Assembly: GCA_030704615.1 (NCBI GenBank)
Contig: CM060731.1
Span: forward strand, 78,492,001-78,556,000
Length of the DNA stretch: 64,000 bases
Origin: Takakia lepidozioides
Lineage: Eukaryota > Plantae > Bryophyta
Direction: 5' to 3'
In this document: positions 26,318 through 37,477 of the stretch, piece after piece
How positions within the stretch are numbered: position 1 is the first letter of the stretch
How the letters are laid out: every line of letters starts with the position of its first letter
The notes under the pieces: generated by a model
Databases searched by the model: none
The model's input: only the letters and a program-made list of their open reading frames with translations
What the model was told of the DNA's origin: nothing
Translations under genes and position numbers: made by a program

Positions 26318-26687
26318 TCTATCTAGTTTTCTAGTGCTAAGCTAGATACGATGTTTTTGTTTTTAAGCACTATTATAATGTAGCTTGGTCACGGGGAGCC
26401 TGCAGTTAGACTGGTTAGGTGTGCAGAGTGGAGCAGAACAAAAAGCTTGAGATGTTGTTACGATTTTTGTCAACCTGTGTATATATCTGAGAATGGGGAT
26501 TAAGTGGCAGCAATAAAGAAAGAGGATATAATGAGGAAGCGGCCAATGGGTGACCACTGGAGCGGTGATTTCAGGGCAGGCTGTGGTAGCATTCTAGAGT
26601 TGTTCGATTAGTGATGCGGCTGCAACCAGCCACCCAGCAGCGACGCCGCATTGTTCTAGTCTTGGAGACGTAAAGAACAAACACTTC

Positions 26688-28150
26688 ATGGTGGATGCTC
26701 CGAAGGGCCATCTGGGAATTAGGGACTGCTATGCGGAGTTTGTGGACGAGAAGGGTATGTCTGTGCCTCTGAACAACGTGTACCTGCACCACTGGATCAC
26801 GTACGAGTTCTCTGTACCGAGCAATGATGTAGACACCCATAAGGAGATGCTACTGAAATCTGTGGAGAAGAAGCACTCTTCGTCTCAATCTACCTTACAC
26901 GCTGCCTCATTTGAAGGCTGCTGGCTCCGGCGTGAAGCTCTCAGCTGGACAGACATTGATGCAGTACTTTGGTGTTGGTGCGGAGACCAGGCGCACCAAG
27001 TCAACTATCCCCGCGCCCTTTGCTGAAGAGACTGCAGCTCCTTCCCTGCTTGCTGAGGGCTACAAGCCGATATGGATTCTTAATGTCCACGGCCGTGACA
27101 CACGGGGGGCCGTCAACAAACTAGGGTGCAGTGAGTGCCGGTTGCTTCTTTTCTACTCTTCTCTGAAATCTTTTACACCTGTTTTGAGGAAGTTCTCTAT
27201 AGGAAGACAATGTGTAAGGGCCTCGTCCCCACCAGTCACTAAATGCCTCACAAATGGCTGCAGCCCACAAGGTTTACCTTAGCCCATAATCCCTATTGAC
27301 CTGGCACAGAGCTATAGCGGACAACAATCCGTTGCAGGGAGCTGAGTGATAAATTATGGGCTGACGTTGGCGTCATTTTAAAAGCATGAGATGGATTCCA
27401 GTACTGCTTCTCCAGCCCCTAGCTTATCATGTGCCGTCGTGTTAACCCTTACAAAGGAGGGTAGAAAATAGAGAAGAAGCTAGGGGCCGGTGTACTGCCA
27501 TAAGGTCGACAGTGCCTGAGCGATCCAGTTGTGTTTATTATTTTACCCGAATTAGAGGCTACAACAATTTGCAGTCAGCTACTGGATTTGGCGTGTAATC
27601 TTCACAATGTGACTGTGGACTGCAAAGGAGATCCTTTAGTAGAAAGTTACCTGGGATGCCTTTAGTGCTGCACAGATGGGAAGCGCTGTGTTGTGAAGGA
27701 GGGCTTTGAAGGCGATGAGCTTGAGATGACCATCTACCTACAGTACACATGGGAATATATTACCTGGGATGAGTGCGTTGAGCCCTGTCAAAGGTGGTCA
27801 TCGGGTTCACCAAATCTATCGAGTATATTGTCGAGGGATGTGGCAACACTGATCCCGCTTCTCCGGAATGTGTAGATACACGGGAGAGGATAATAGGTGC
27901 CCCTGTTTGAAGAGATTGGTGATTTAGCCGAGGCAAATGGGAAGAAGGGAGCGGGCCTTCTGTTATGGCTGCCACCAGGAACTCCTGTTTGCAGGCATCT
28001 CTTTCACAAGCTAGTTGCCCCTTTGGAGATGATGTGATCTGCGCAGTGTCGCACTTGCATCCTTCAGCCCTGGATTGTACTATGTTTGGGGAAGATGGGC
28101 GTGTGATTTGCTACTCTCCTCCAATCTGTGGTACTGGACAGGCGGCTGAC
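26688..28150 (+). pseudogene. Stress up-regulated Nod19 (SURNod19)-family gene fragments inside Gypsy copy 2
   Basis: PKGHLGIRDCYAEFVDEKGMSVPLNNVYLHHW, QYFGVGAETRRT, WILNVHGRDTRGAVNKLGCSECR, YLQYTWEYITWD, VICAVSHLH..FGEDGRVICYSPPICGTG match the recalled family pattern; frameshifted. Confidence 0.75.
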
Positions 28151-28237
28151 ATCAGATGTATCGCATCAGCATACACCATTGCGTTGGTGAATCCAATTTG
28201 GTTGGTGCATTAATCGATGGGCACCTGGGAACGGTGA

Positions 28238-29468
28238 CTATACTGTAGCATAAGCCACTACGAACTCTCTTCCCTCATCATCCACCTGTGTGAGCACCGC
28301 TCCAAGCCCCAGCATGCTCCAATCTCTATGCAGCTGAAAAGGACGCCCCCTGATAGGTCGTCTCAAGATGGGCGCCGAGGTCAACCTCGCCTTGAGCTCT
28401 TGAAAAGCTTGTTCTTGCTCATCTTCCCACTGCCACTCCTGGTCCACCTTGGTCAGCTTGGTTAGAGCCTTTGCAATGGCATTAAATCCCTTAACAAACC
28501 GTCTGTAATAGTTTGCTAACCCCATGAAAGCTCGAACTCGGCTCACATCCGTGGGGCGTGGAACCTGTGCAATGGACTCTACCTTAGTCTGCTGTACCCC
28601 CAATCCTCCAGGATATATCATGTGACCCAGATACTCAATCTGGTTGTGGAAAAACTTGCACTTGCCCGGATGTAACTTCAATCCGTGCGTCCTCAAGCGC
28701 TCAAATACCCCCTGAAGGTGTCTCTCATGCTCCTCCACCGTAGCACTAAAGATGATGATGTCATCTATGTAGCACCGAGCAAACTCCACCCCTGCTAGAA
28801 TCCTGTCCATGACTCTTTGAAACTCAGCGGGAGCGTTTTTAAGCCCAAATGGTAAGAACCGCCACTGGTATAGGCAATCCTTCCCGTGCTCATTGATCCC
28901 CCAGAATGCCGTCTTTTGCTTATCCGCCTCCTTGATCGGCAACTGGTGATATCCGGATCGTAAATCCAACGTGCTAAAGACCTTGGAATGCCCAATGGCA
29001 TCAAAGATCTCCTCTGGTGTTGGCATGGCATACCTATCGGACTTGGTCTGACGATTTACAGGCCGGTAATCACCGCACATACGTCTCTCCGTCCAATTGC
29101 CAGACATCCTTCTTAGCTGGCATCACTGTGGCTGAAGCATACTCTCCACCAGAGAGCTCCACCAAACCTGCCTCCCAGAGATCTTGAGTCCTCATCTGAA
29201 TCAAAGACCTCTCCATGTCACTGTATCTATAGGGTCTCCGAAAGATTGGCGTGTCAGTGGCCAACTCAATACGGATCTCTTGACCCTTCAGTGCTCCCAA
29301 GTCCTTCAAACTGAAGGCAAAGCAATTCCTATAAGCCCTCAGGAACCGCCGTATACGTCGTCTCTCTCCTCCGGTGACAATGGGTCCAATGTCAGGCTCC
29401 CAATTGTCCTCCGTAACTGCAACCTTAAGTCCAGTGGGCTTAGAGGTAGAGGACCCGTCCCGTGGTTG
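28238..29468 (-). CDS. Gypsy reverse transcriptase + N-terminal RNase H (one frameshift near 29105)
   Basis: RRPYRYS, RMCGDYRPVN, LDLRSGYHQ, PFGLKNAP, YIDD, YLGH, DWSMLGLGAVL..VVAYA. Confidence 0.95.
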
Positions 29469-30850
29469 CTATGCTGCAACCTCTTGAGCAGTACCCCCTT
29501 CCTGCTCAGTCAATGACAAGGCCTCATCCTGCCCCATCATCTCATCATTGAGAACCTCCTCATCCCGAGAAGAATCCCCAACCTCATCCATTACAGCTGC
29601 CTTCGCTGCCAACTCCCTCTGAACCTCGAGCACCTCCCACATGTGCCATGGATGTCTACACCTCGTGGTCCTCACCAGCTCGCCCCCACTCGCTGCCTGT
29701 ACCGTCTCGGTAGGCAGAGAGACCGTCAAGGGAAGTGCACTCCGCACTCTACGTTGCTCAGCCATAGCCAAGCTGACAATCCAGGTCAAGCAATTGAGAT
29801 CCATTGCTTGCCCCAACACCTGACGACGTGATGCCTCAGAAAGAGAAGGCACCGCCGTGGTCCCAGTGGAAAACCCCATAGCCCGCTCTCGCTCGTCGGC
29901 ATTAGGCTCCACTAACTGCTGCAACTGAGCATCCCACAGGAGGCCAGGTCCACCATCCCGAAAAGCATGGGATCCTGGGAAGCTGAGCAGTGTAGGTAAT
30001 GCTGCTCGTGGTTGACCCACCCTGTTGACCACTGCCAAAGGCGAACGGTCATCGTGTCTCACACGTTGAGACTGCCTTCCTGTGTCCAAAATGCCATCCA
30101 CGGTGAGGTGTGCTGGCCGCTGCACCCCATCAAATGCACGCTTGAGCAGTGCGGGTGGCATCAAGTTAGTCCACCATAGTCGTGGACGATGAGCCCGTGA
30201 CCCCACTGCAGCTGCATCCAGCAACACTGCTGACCCAAGCCACGACCGGACTTGATGCACACTGGCCATCACCCTGGCCCGAGAATCACCCATCAGTGGT
30301 ACATTCTCCAAGATGTATGCTGGAGATACAGCTTGATGAAGCTGCAAGCAGCGCAAAATCCGCACCATCTCCCAAAACAGACCCGTCCTCGAGTCTCGCA
30401 ATCCATTGCCATGCCCGGCTGATGAATGCCCTTGGCAGGGCCAACCTGCCACTATCAGATCAATGGAGCCAACCTGCTCCAAATCTTGCGCCCCCAACAA
30501 GGAAATGTCTGCTGGCAAGGCTTGTTGGTATCCACGAACTGCAGACACAGGCAACAAGTCAGGGTACTGCTGTACCAATTGAGCCACATGGCGTAGTGAG
30601 ACGCGTCGTGCAATCTCATCCCTCTCCACATACAGGTAACGCCTTACCCGCACACCTGCCTGTAGCACAGCAGCCAATCCGGTGCTGATCCCGCCAAACA
30701 AGTCCAGAAGGCAAATGCCTTCATCCGGCCGCTGCCACACAAGAGGTGTGGTGTCCAATGGCGACAACTGAGGTGGCCCTGGTGCAATCACCGCACTCTC
30801 CTCCTCTCCTGACGGTACAAAAGCTTCTTCCCAAGCTTGTTGCACCCGTC
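29469..30850 (-). CDS. C5 cytosine DNA methyltransferase domain (DNMT3-like) within the retrotransposon polyprotein
   Basis: Ordered motifs I LLDLFGGISTG, II VERD, IV AGWPCQ (catalytic Cys), VI ILENV, VIII AHRPRLWWTN, IX ERERAMGF, X RRQVLGQAM in an uninterrupted frame. Confidence 0.93.
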
Positions 30851-32284
30851 CATCTGCAACTTGCCAAATCCTTGCTCGTACCCCACAACGGAGTGTGAGC
30901 AACCATGGCAGGCAACTCCGCCGTACCATGCATGTCATCCTGCTCTGCTGGAGGTGGCACATCCTCTGCATGGGCATTGCCTTCCAGCAACTCTCCAGGC
31001 CAACTAACGGCAACTGTGAAGGCGGCTAGTGTTGGCATCTTGCCCCGCTGGGCAGCTGCAATACCCCCAATGAATGTCACAGGGAGCTGTGCACGGCGAC
31101 CATCCCCTGACTGCCATCCAGGCCTGTAGGATGCTGTCTCCTCCCAGAAATCCAGGGTGAAGCCCATGGGGTATAACACTGCCCCACCAACGAGGACATC
31201 GTAAGAGACCGCGTCTGTCACAATGGCCTTGGCTCGCATCACTGAGCCATCTACAGGATGATCCGGCTGCAGTCTAATAGCCAACTGATGCCGTGTCATG
31301 CCGCGAGCCTGCTCTGATCCTCCCAGAGATGTCTGTATCTGGAAAGGACAAGGCTCCATATCCGCCTCCATGAGGCCCAAACCTGCAATAGCAGCTCTGC
31401 CCAACATCAGTGGCTGAGCTCCTGAGTCCAACAAGACCCGCAGTGGCCGGTACTTCTTGCCTGCCGGTCCACTCAAAGTGAAAATGCCTCCCTGGTTGTC
31501 TAACAAGACAACTCCAGGTGTCACCATGGCGCGCTCAATGGCTGGCCTAGCTGGCAGCTCCGTCAACCTGGCAGCTGCAACTTGCCATGGCGCAGCCGTG
31601 GCAGTCTTGACCCTCAAATCCGAGGATCCCTCTGCCACTATACCTTCCACTAACTCCGCAGAAGATGAAGTGACCTCCCCACTCTCACAGAGAGTTGCTG
31701 CTAGTCTGAACACTGCAGCTGGTCTCACCCCCGGCGTCGCAATCATGGTTGCCGAGAACAGTGGGGCTTGACACACAGAGGTGGCTGCCCCCAATAACAC
31801 ACCGGCTGCACTAGCCTTGGTAGCAGGTGTCAGTGCTGCACGTGTAGCTCTCCCCAATGGCATAGTAACCTCCGCCTCGGTAACAGTCGGGCGAGAACTA
31901 GGTGCCATGGATGGCGTTGACACTGTCTCCGCCAAGGTGAATGACTGAGGCAGCCTCGCCTGACGGCTTGCCTCCCCACGTTGTGGATCCAACTCCACCT
32001 CTGCACCTCGTGGCTCAGGAACTCGTGCTGCTCCTCGAGTCACGGCTGCAGCAGACTCCACCTGCTCTAGTGGTAGTGCTGCTCCGCACATGAATCCCAT
32101 GCCTCCCATATCTCCTCCCTCAGGAGCAGGAGGTGGACCATCCCGCCTGGGAGCCGGTACCGCCTGAGCTATAGCCATGGCAGCGAGCCTCTGCTCTAGC
32201 TGCTGAAGCCGATTGGCCATGCCTTGGTCAACACCCTGACCTCCGCGTCCTTGGCCATGTGGAGCTTGCCCTTGGCCTGCACCT
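30851..32284 (-). CDS. Gag C-terminus / linker + aspartic protease
   Basis: LRVLLDSGAQP active site and YDVLVGGAVL flap/GxD-like region; homologous to 58283-59690. Confidence 0.85.
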
Positions 32285-32288
32285 CGTC

Positions 32289-34188
32289 AATGCTGCAGAG
32301 TCTAAGTATAGCTCATATGAGGGAGAATGCTTAGCTGCAGTGTGGGCCGTGGCACACTTCAGGTGCTATTTATACGGCAATCTCTTCACCCTTGTCACGG
32401 ATCACCAACCACTCAAGTGGTTGATGGAGTCAGACAAGCTTACGGGGAAGCTTGCACGGTGGGCACTCATCCTTCAAGAGTATGACTTTCAGGTGGTGCA
32501 TCGACCGGGTTTGGTCAATCGAAATGCAGATGGGTTGAGTCGCAATCCATGCACGAGCCAGCAGGATGACACTGGAGCTCGGTGGCATGGTGAGACGGAC
32601 GAGGAGATGGTGCCCGGATAGCATGCATCTGCATTTCTGTGTATCTTGGCAGCGGAAGGCCAGGTTGGACCTACAACAGGGATGACTGTAGATCAAGTGT
32701 CTGAGGACCCTGAGGCCAGCAATGAGCAGGGTGGCGCCAAAGATATACATGAGGATTCAGTTGTGTTGGACTACCTCCGCAGTGGAGACACGGCAGCCAC
32801 TATGACTGCCCAGGAGAGGGATCGGATCCTACAACGAGCCAAGAGGTTCAGGTGGGAGGGGACACACCTGCTCCGAGTGTGGGAGAATGGTCGAGTGAGG
32901 ATTGTGCCTCACCCAACACAGCGGGCACGGTTAGTGCGGCATGCCCATGAGGAGTTGGGGCATTTTGGGGTGCGACGCACTCATAGTCTACTGCAGGGGC
33001 AGTATTGGTGGCGTGGTATGCACACAGAGGTGCAACAATTTGTGGCTAGGTGCATGGTGTGTGACAGGGTGCGTGCTTCATTCAACGCCCCTACTCCACA
33101 ATTGCACCCTCTTCCGATCATGGGATTGGGCTACATGTGGAGTCTTGACTTCGCAGGGCCGTTGCCACTGACCATGCGCCACAACAAGTACGTGTTGGTG
33201 ATGGTGGAGCACTTCTCCAAGTGGATTGAATTGGTTCCATTGCCTGATAAGGCTAGTGAGGGAGCTGCGTATGCATTCTTGGATTGTGTGCTTAGCCGAT
33301 TCGGTGCTCCAGCTGAGGTACTCACGGACCAAGGGAGAGAGTTCTTGGGGGAGTTTCAGGTTTTGTGTGACAAGACCTTGATAGACCACCGCACCACTTC
33401 TCGGGATCATCCTGAGGCCGATGGCTTGGCAGAGAGAGTTGTTCAGACAGTAAAGAGGGGTTTGCGCAAGTATGGCTTGCAGAAGGGACACCTAGGAGAT
33501 TGGGACCTTCAGTTACCCTGGCTAGCCATGGGCTACAGGTTCAGCAAGCAAGCATCACTTGCCTCCTTCTCACCATACTTTCTTCTCTTTGGCCGAGAGC
33601 CGGATTTGCCTACATCCATTCGCAGAGAAGCTGCTACAGTTCTTAACCTTGACGATCCGGACGTGTGGGCACGTGCATGTGAGCAGCGTGCAGAGTTGTT
33701 CAAGAGAGTCATGCCCATGGCTTTCGAGAACCTTGCCATTGCACAACACCGTGATACGTTGAGGTATGCTACCATACGTGGTGGGGGCTATCGTCCTGGG
33801 GTTCGGAGATTCAACCCTGGTGACTATGTCTATCTGCAGCAGACTGCTCCTACGACCCTGGATGTGACTGCAGGACGTGTTATTTTGAGGGTTCGAGAGG
33901 TTTTGCCCTCAGGCGTCTTGGTCTTGGAGGGTCGGGATGGCATAACTTGGAAGGACCATGTGCGTAATTGTGCGCCATGTCACCTTCCGAATGTCGATGA
34001 CAGGATTGACCCAAACCTGGCAGTGGTATCTGCAGGTTTGAGGTGCATGTTGTGTGGGTCTGCTAAAGGGGCAGCCACCATGCTGGTGTGTGATCGATGC
34101 TCTAGAGGTTGGCATATGGGATGCTTGACTCCACCTCTTGAGATGGTTCCGGATGGGGATTGATTATGTCCACAATACATTGGATAGT
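32289..34188 (+). CDS. RNase H C-terminus, integrase and C-terminal PHD finger (two nonsense mutations)
   Basis: YSSYEGECLA..TDHQPL..NADGLSR; HHCC (HEELGH..CMVC); DDE (LDFAG, TDQG, AER); PHD CMLC..CDRC..HMGC..(W)LCP. Confidence 0.95.
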
Positions 34189-34435
34189 GGGAGTGGATAC
34201 AACCATAGAAGGCTAACAAGCAACGCAAGGCCCAGCTACAGGATACCTTGAATACACGAAGTCCTGGCTCAAGTTCACAGATTGCAAGACGGCGACTAAC
34301 GATGGGGCTACTCTTGTACCCGGCCTCTTGGTCTATAGAGTTTGAGTACGATAGGGACAGTGATAGAGGACTTAGTACGGCTATGGCTATTACGTCTTGT
34401 AGCTATCTGGAGGTAGAGGGACCTATCCACCAGCT

Positions 34436-34445
34436 AGGGGGGCGA
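34436..34445 (+). promoter_or_regulatory. Polypurine tract
   Basis: AGGGGGGCGA followed by T-TGTG (start of B1); the same motif precedes B in copy 1 (~20618-20627). Confidence 0.8.
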
Positions 34446-35342
34446 TTGTGGTAGACTACTTTATTGTGCATATATGTGTGGTGTGGTTTGGACAGCGATG
34501 TAGTTGTGTAGCGATATGTATGCGCACGACAGCTGTCAAGTTAAATAAGCACAGTGTGAAAACAGCTAGCATAAAACTAGTTGTTTGTATTTAACACTTG
34601 GATTTAGGTCAAGTGTTAAATCAGGTGTCAAGTTTAGTTTGACACCTGGTCCGTCTTATCTTCACGAGAGCGGCAGTCGCGCGGCTCATCTCTCTCGAGT
34701 TGAGCCTGCGCGACCGAGCTCTTGCATCGTTTAGGACTGAGTGTGCTTATGATGGGAGTATAGGTTGTTGTGGGGTGGAGTCCCCATAGCTTGGGGTGCC
34801 CCTGGCTCGACTTCTATTCTAAAGAGTGATGGTTTTGGTTGTCATGTTTTGTGTCAACAGTGTGTTCTTAGCTTTTCTTATCATTGTGGTAGACTACTTT
34901 ATTGTGCATATATGTGTGGTGTGGTTTGGACAGCGATGTAGTTGTGTAGCGATATGTATGCGCACGACAAGTTGTTCAATAACATGGATATCACCTAAAA
35001 GAGGTGCATCTAGAAAAGACACATCATTGAGAGGAGGTGACATGTAGGGAAGGCACAACAGTGGCTTAGTGATTTTTGACACTAATTCGTAGTCTCTTCT
35101 TTAAGAGCCAATAAAGTAAAACAAAAATAAAACACTTAAGAATAGATAAATATAACCGGATCACTCAATAACCAGTGTGACAACCGGAACTACTGATAAT
35201 CTACGGTTCAAATGGCTTTCGCACTATTGATTACCGAGGGGTATGAGATTTTATTTTTTTTGAGAATTTAAAATTTGACTAATCACCGGCAGGTATGAAA
35301 TTTCCAAAAAATTGATGTCTGTAATGGGCAGTTATAGAATAA

Positions 35343-37042
35343 GGCCCCGGCCGCACCTGCCAATTAGTACGTCAATCAAGTTAGGTAATTGACGTTAGCG
35401 GCAGGGAGACGGCCGCATACGGAGAAGCCAGTTAGATAACCGGCCGATTAACAGCTGTTAAACGCTGTAACGGGGAGAGGGCGAGATTTAACACCTCCAT
35501 GGAGCATGGAGGAGGTGAAACTCGGTCAACAATTAAAAATCGGGCAGTGGTGGAGAGGTGCAGGTGCTAGACGCTCGCGATGGCGGGGAGAGTAGAGAGG
35601 TTCTTGCAGGGCAGGCGCTCGCGATGGCATAGAGTGTAGAGGGGAGAGGCTCTTGCAGGCAGTGTGTGTCTCATTTTTTTTATCCAGAGATTGCAAGGGA
35701 GAGTGTAGGAGAGAGTGTAGGAGAGAGTATAGCATGTCTTCCACAGACACCACATGCAGTGGTGATGGCTTTAGGGCTGGTTATGAACTCACCAAACTTG
35801 ACCTGCATTAATATAGTTGGAAGCTGGTTAGAATTCACTGACCATCATGACATAGAATGTTGTCAAGCATGTCTGGTTATAAGTTTGATGAAAAGCTAGT
35901 GTGCTCATTCACCATTCCCTGGAAACACCGCCTACTACGTAAGATTATGGGCTAAAAGTGGGTTGCACATGGTTCATTGCACCAAGCTGAGGCCGATCCG
36001 ATTAGGAAAACTGAGGATCTGTTGTGCAGGCTTGTATATACAAGAACAGTAATTCAGATTCAGACAAGTGAAAACAATAATTCAACAAACAATAAATCAT
36101 TTGTCTAATTAATCACCTCTTGCGCTTACTACAATCAGAGGGCAAGAGAGACATCTCACCTAAAAAGTTGATGAGCAGTTGCTGGTGCAGTGGATGTTAT
36201 GCCAGTACCAGGAGCCCATAAAACAGTAGGTGTGGTAAGTGCATGCATTTCTCCATTACCCAACTCAGTATTCTCCCTCCTTGTCAAGCCCCCTCAAATT
36301 CCACAAGCCAGACCATAAAATTAGCTTCAAGCAGGAGCATTCACATTGTGATTATCACAACAGCTTCATTAATGTAAAGGAGAAACGCACATTTCCAGTT
36401 TCCAACGTGTTAGTGAGAGTCCGCACAACCTCCTCTTGATGTGCACGTCATTTACCTGCCTGGGCCGACTGCCATGACATCCAACCCCCTAAACTTAAAC
36501 TACTTCTTGCTCAAGTTTATTCAACTTGATGCGACTTGATTCAAGCTGCTGCACATATGCCTGTACTACACAACCAACCACCCCTCACTCTCAGCTAAAG
36601 ACCTACATATGTTCACGGCATTCGGTGTCTACTTGTGCCACAGACTTGAAACTGAAGCATACAACACATGTATCAGCCTTTGATCCAAGAGAAAACTACC
36701 TTTTTGCTGAGCGGGGAAGCTTCGTAACTCATGTGGAAAAAAAAAGACACCATTTTGGAATGCAATTGTGCGGCGCTAGGAGAAACGTCCATGCCAGTGA
36801 CCAAGTAGAGAAAGAACAGGATTGCAGGGATTGTAGGGACGACCGAGGAGGCTGAACATGGGAGGAGAGAAAGTGGTTCACGCGGGCAGGAAAGAAAACC
36901 GGGCAGCAGCACGGTTTCTTAACCGCGACTTGCCCAGTTAACTAGATGGCAAGGGCGGCCGGGTCCTTAATTAACTATCGGGCCGGTCACTTAACTGTCC
37001 GGTTAGCCGTCGGTTAGCTAACCGGCAGGTGCGGCAGGGGCC
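35343..37042. mobile_element. Non-autonomous PIF/Harbinger element
   Basis: 19-bp TIR GGCCCC(G/T)GCCGCACCTGCC and TAA target duplication (35340-35342 / 37043-37045). Confidence 0.85.
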
Positions 37043-37477
37043 TAACAATGATAACCGCCGAACACTGGTATATAGTAGTATATACCAGATACAGGGGTTG
37101 ATAACACCCGGGGTCGGTTCAATCCAAGATCAAACAACACTGGTCTACACCAAAATTTGACAGAATAATAAGTTATGTGGAAATGCACAGATATTTTGTG
37201 GGGTGTGCTGACTCCTCACTGCCTGCTCTTTATCCACTTCCTTCCGCTTCTGGGTCCCCCTACAACAACTCGGGGAAGCTTGTTGTGCTTGTGACTTCGA
37301 TTGAACAGTTGGGTTGTAATTTGAAGAGAGCGAGAGAGAGAGAGACCAGTGGGGAAGTGCGGGAGAATTGCATAGGAGTAACTTCAACCTTTGAAGCTGA
37401 AGACGAAGAGAGGAAGCCCAGAGGTAGACAGAAAGGTGAGATTAGGGGAGGAGGAAGTTGAGAGGGAGGAAACAGAG

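Larger units (their letters stand above)
25952..34969 (+). mobile_element. Ty3/Gypsy MTase-PHD element, copy 2 (young; A1...B1-A2-B2 architecture; internal inversion)
   Basis: A1 25952-26301 = A2 34534-34883 (350 bp, one difference seen); B1 34447-34531 = B2 34885-34969 (85 bp). TGTC...GACA ends, perfect 4-bp TSD AGTT (25948-25951 / 34970-34973). Confidence 0.95.
25795..35101. mobile_element. Short TIR element (MITE, TA-flanked) split by Gypsy copy 2
   Basis: ~45-bp imperfect TIR AAGAAGAGACTACG.AT.AGTGTCAAAAATC.CTAAGCC.CTGTT at 25795-25839 and 35057-35101, TA on both sides; ~290 bp once the Gypsy is removed. Confidence 0.75.

Noticed and set aside
30845-30875. Programmed frameshift between protease and MTase
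   Set aside because: No slippery heptamer; copy 3 has two extra bases here, consistent with a copy-specific deletion.
29469-31013. MTase as a bacterial restriction-modification gene or contamination
   Set aside because: Embedded between protease and RT in two copies, with no cognate nuclease and with plant genes nearby.
34447-34969. B-A-B as a CRISPR-like array or a DIRS/Ngaro element
   Set aside because: Only two repeats, in a eukaryotic context; the element has a DDE integrase, protease and TSD and no tyrosine recombinase.
35150-37145. Possible hAT MITE surrounding the PIF element (CAGTGT/ACACTG, ACCGG motifs)
   Set aside because: No matching TIR pair with an 8-bp TSD could be defined.
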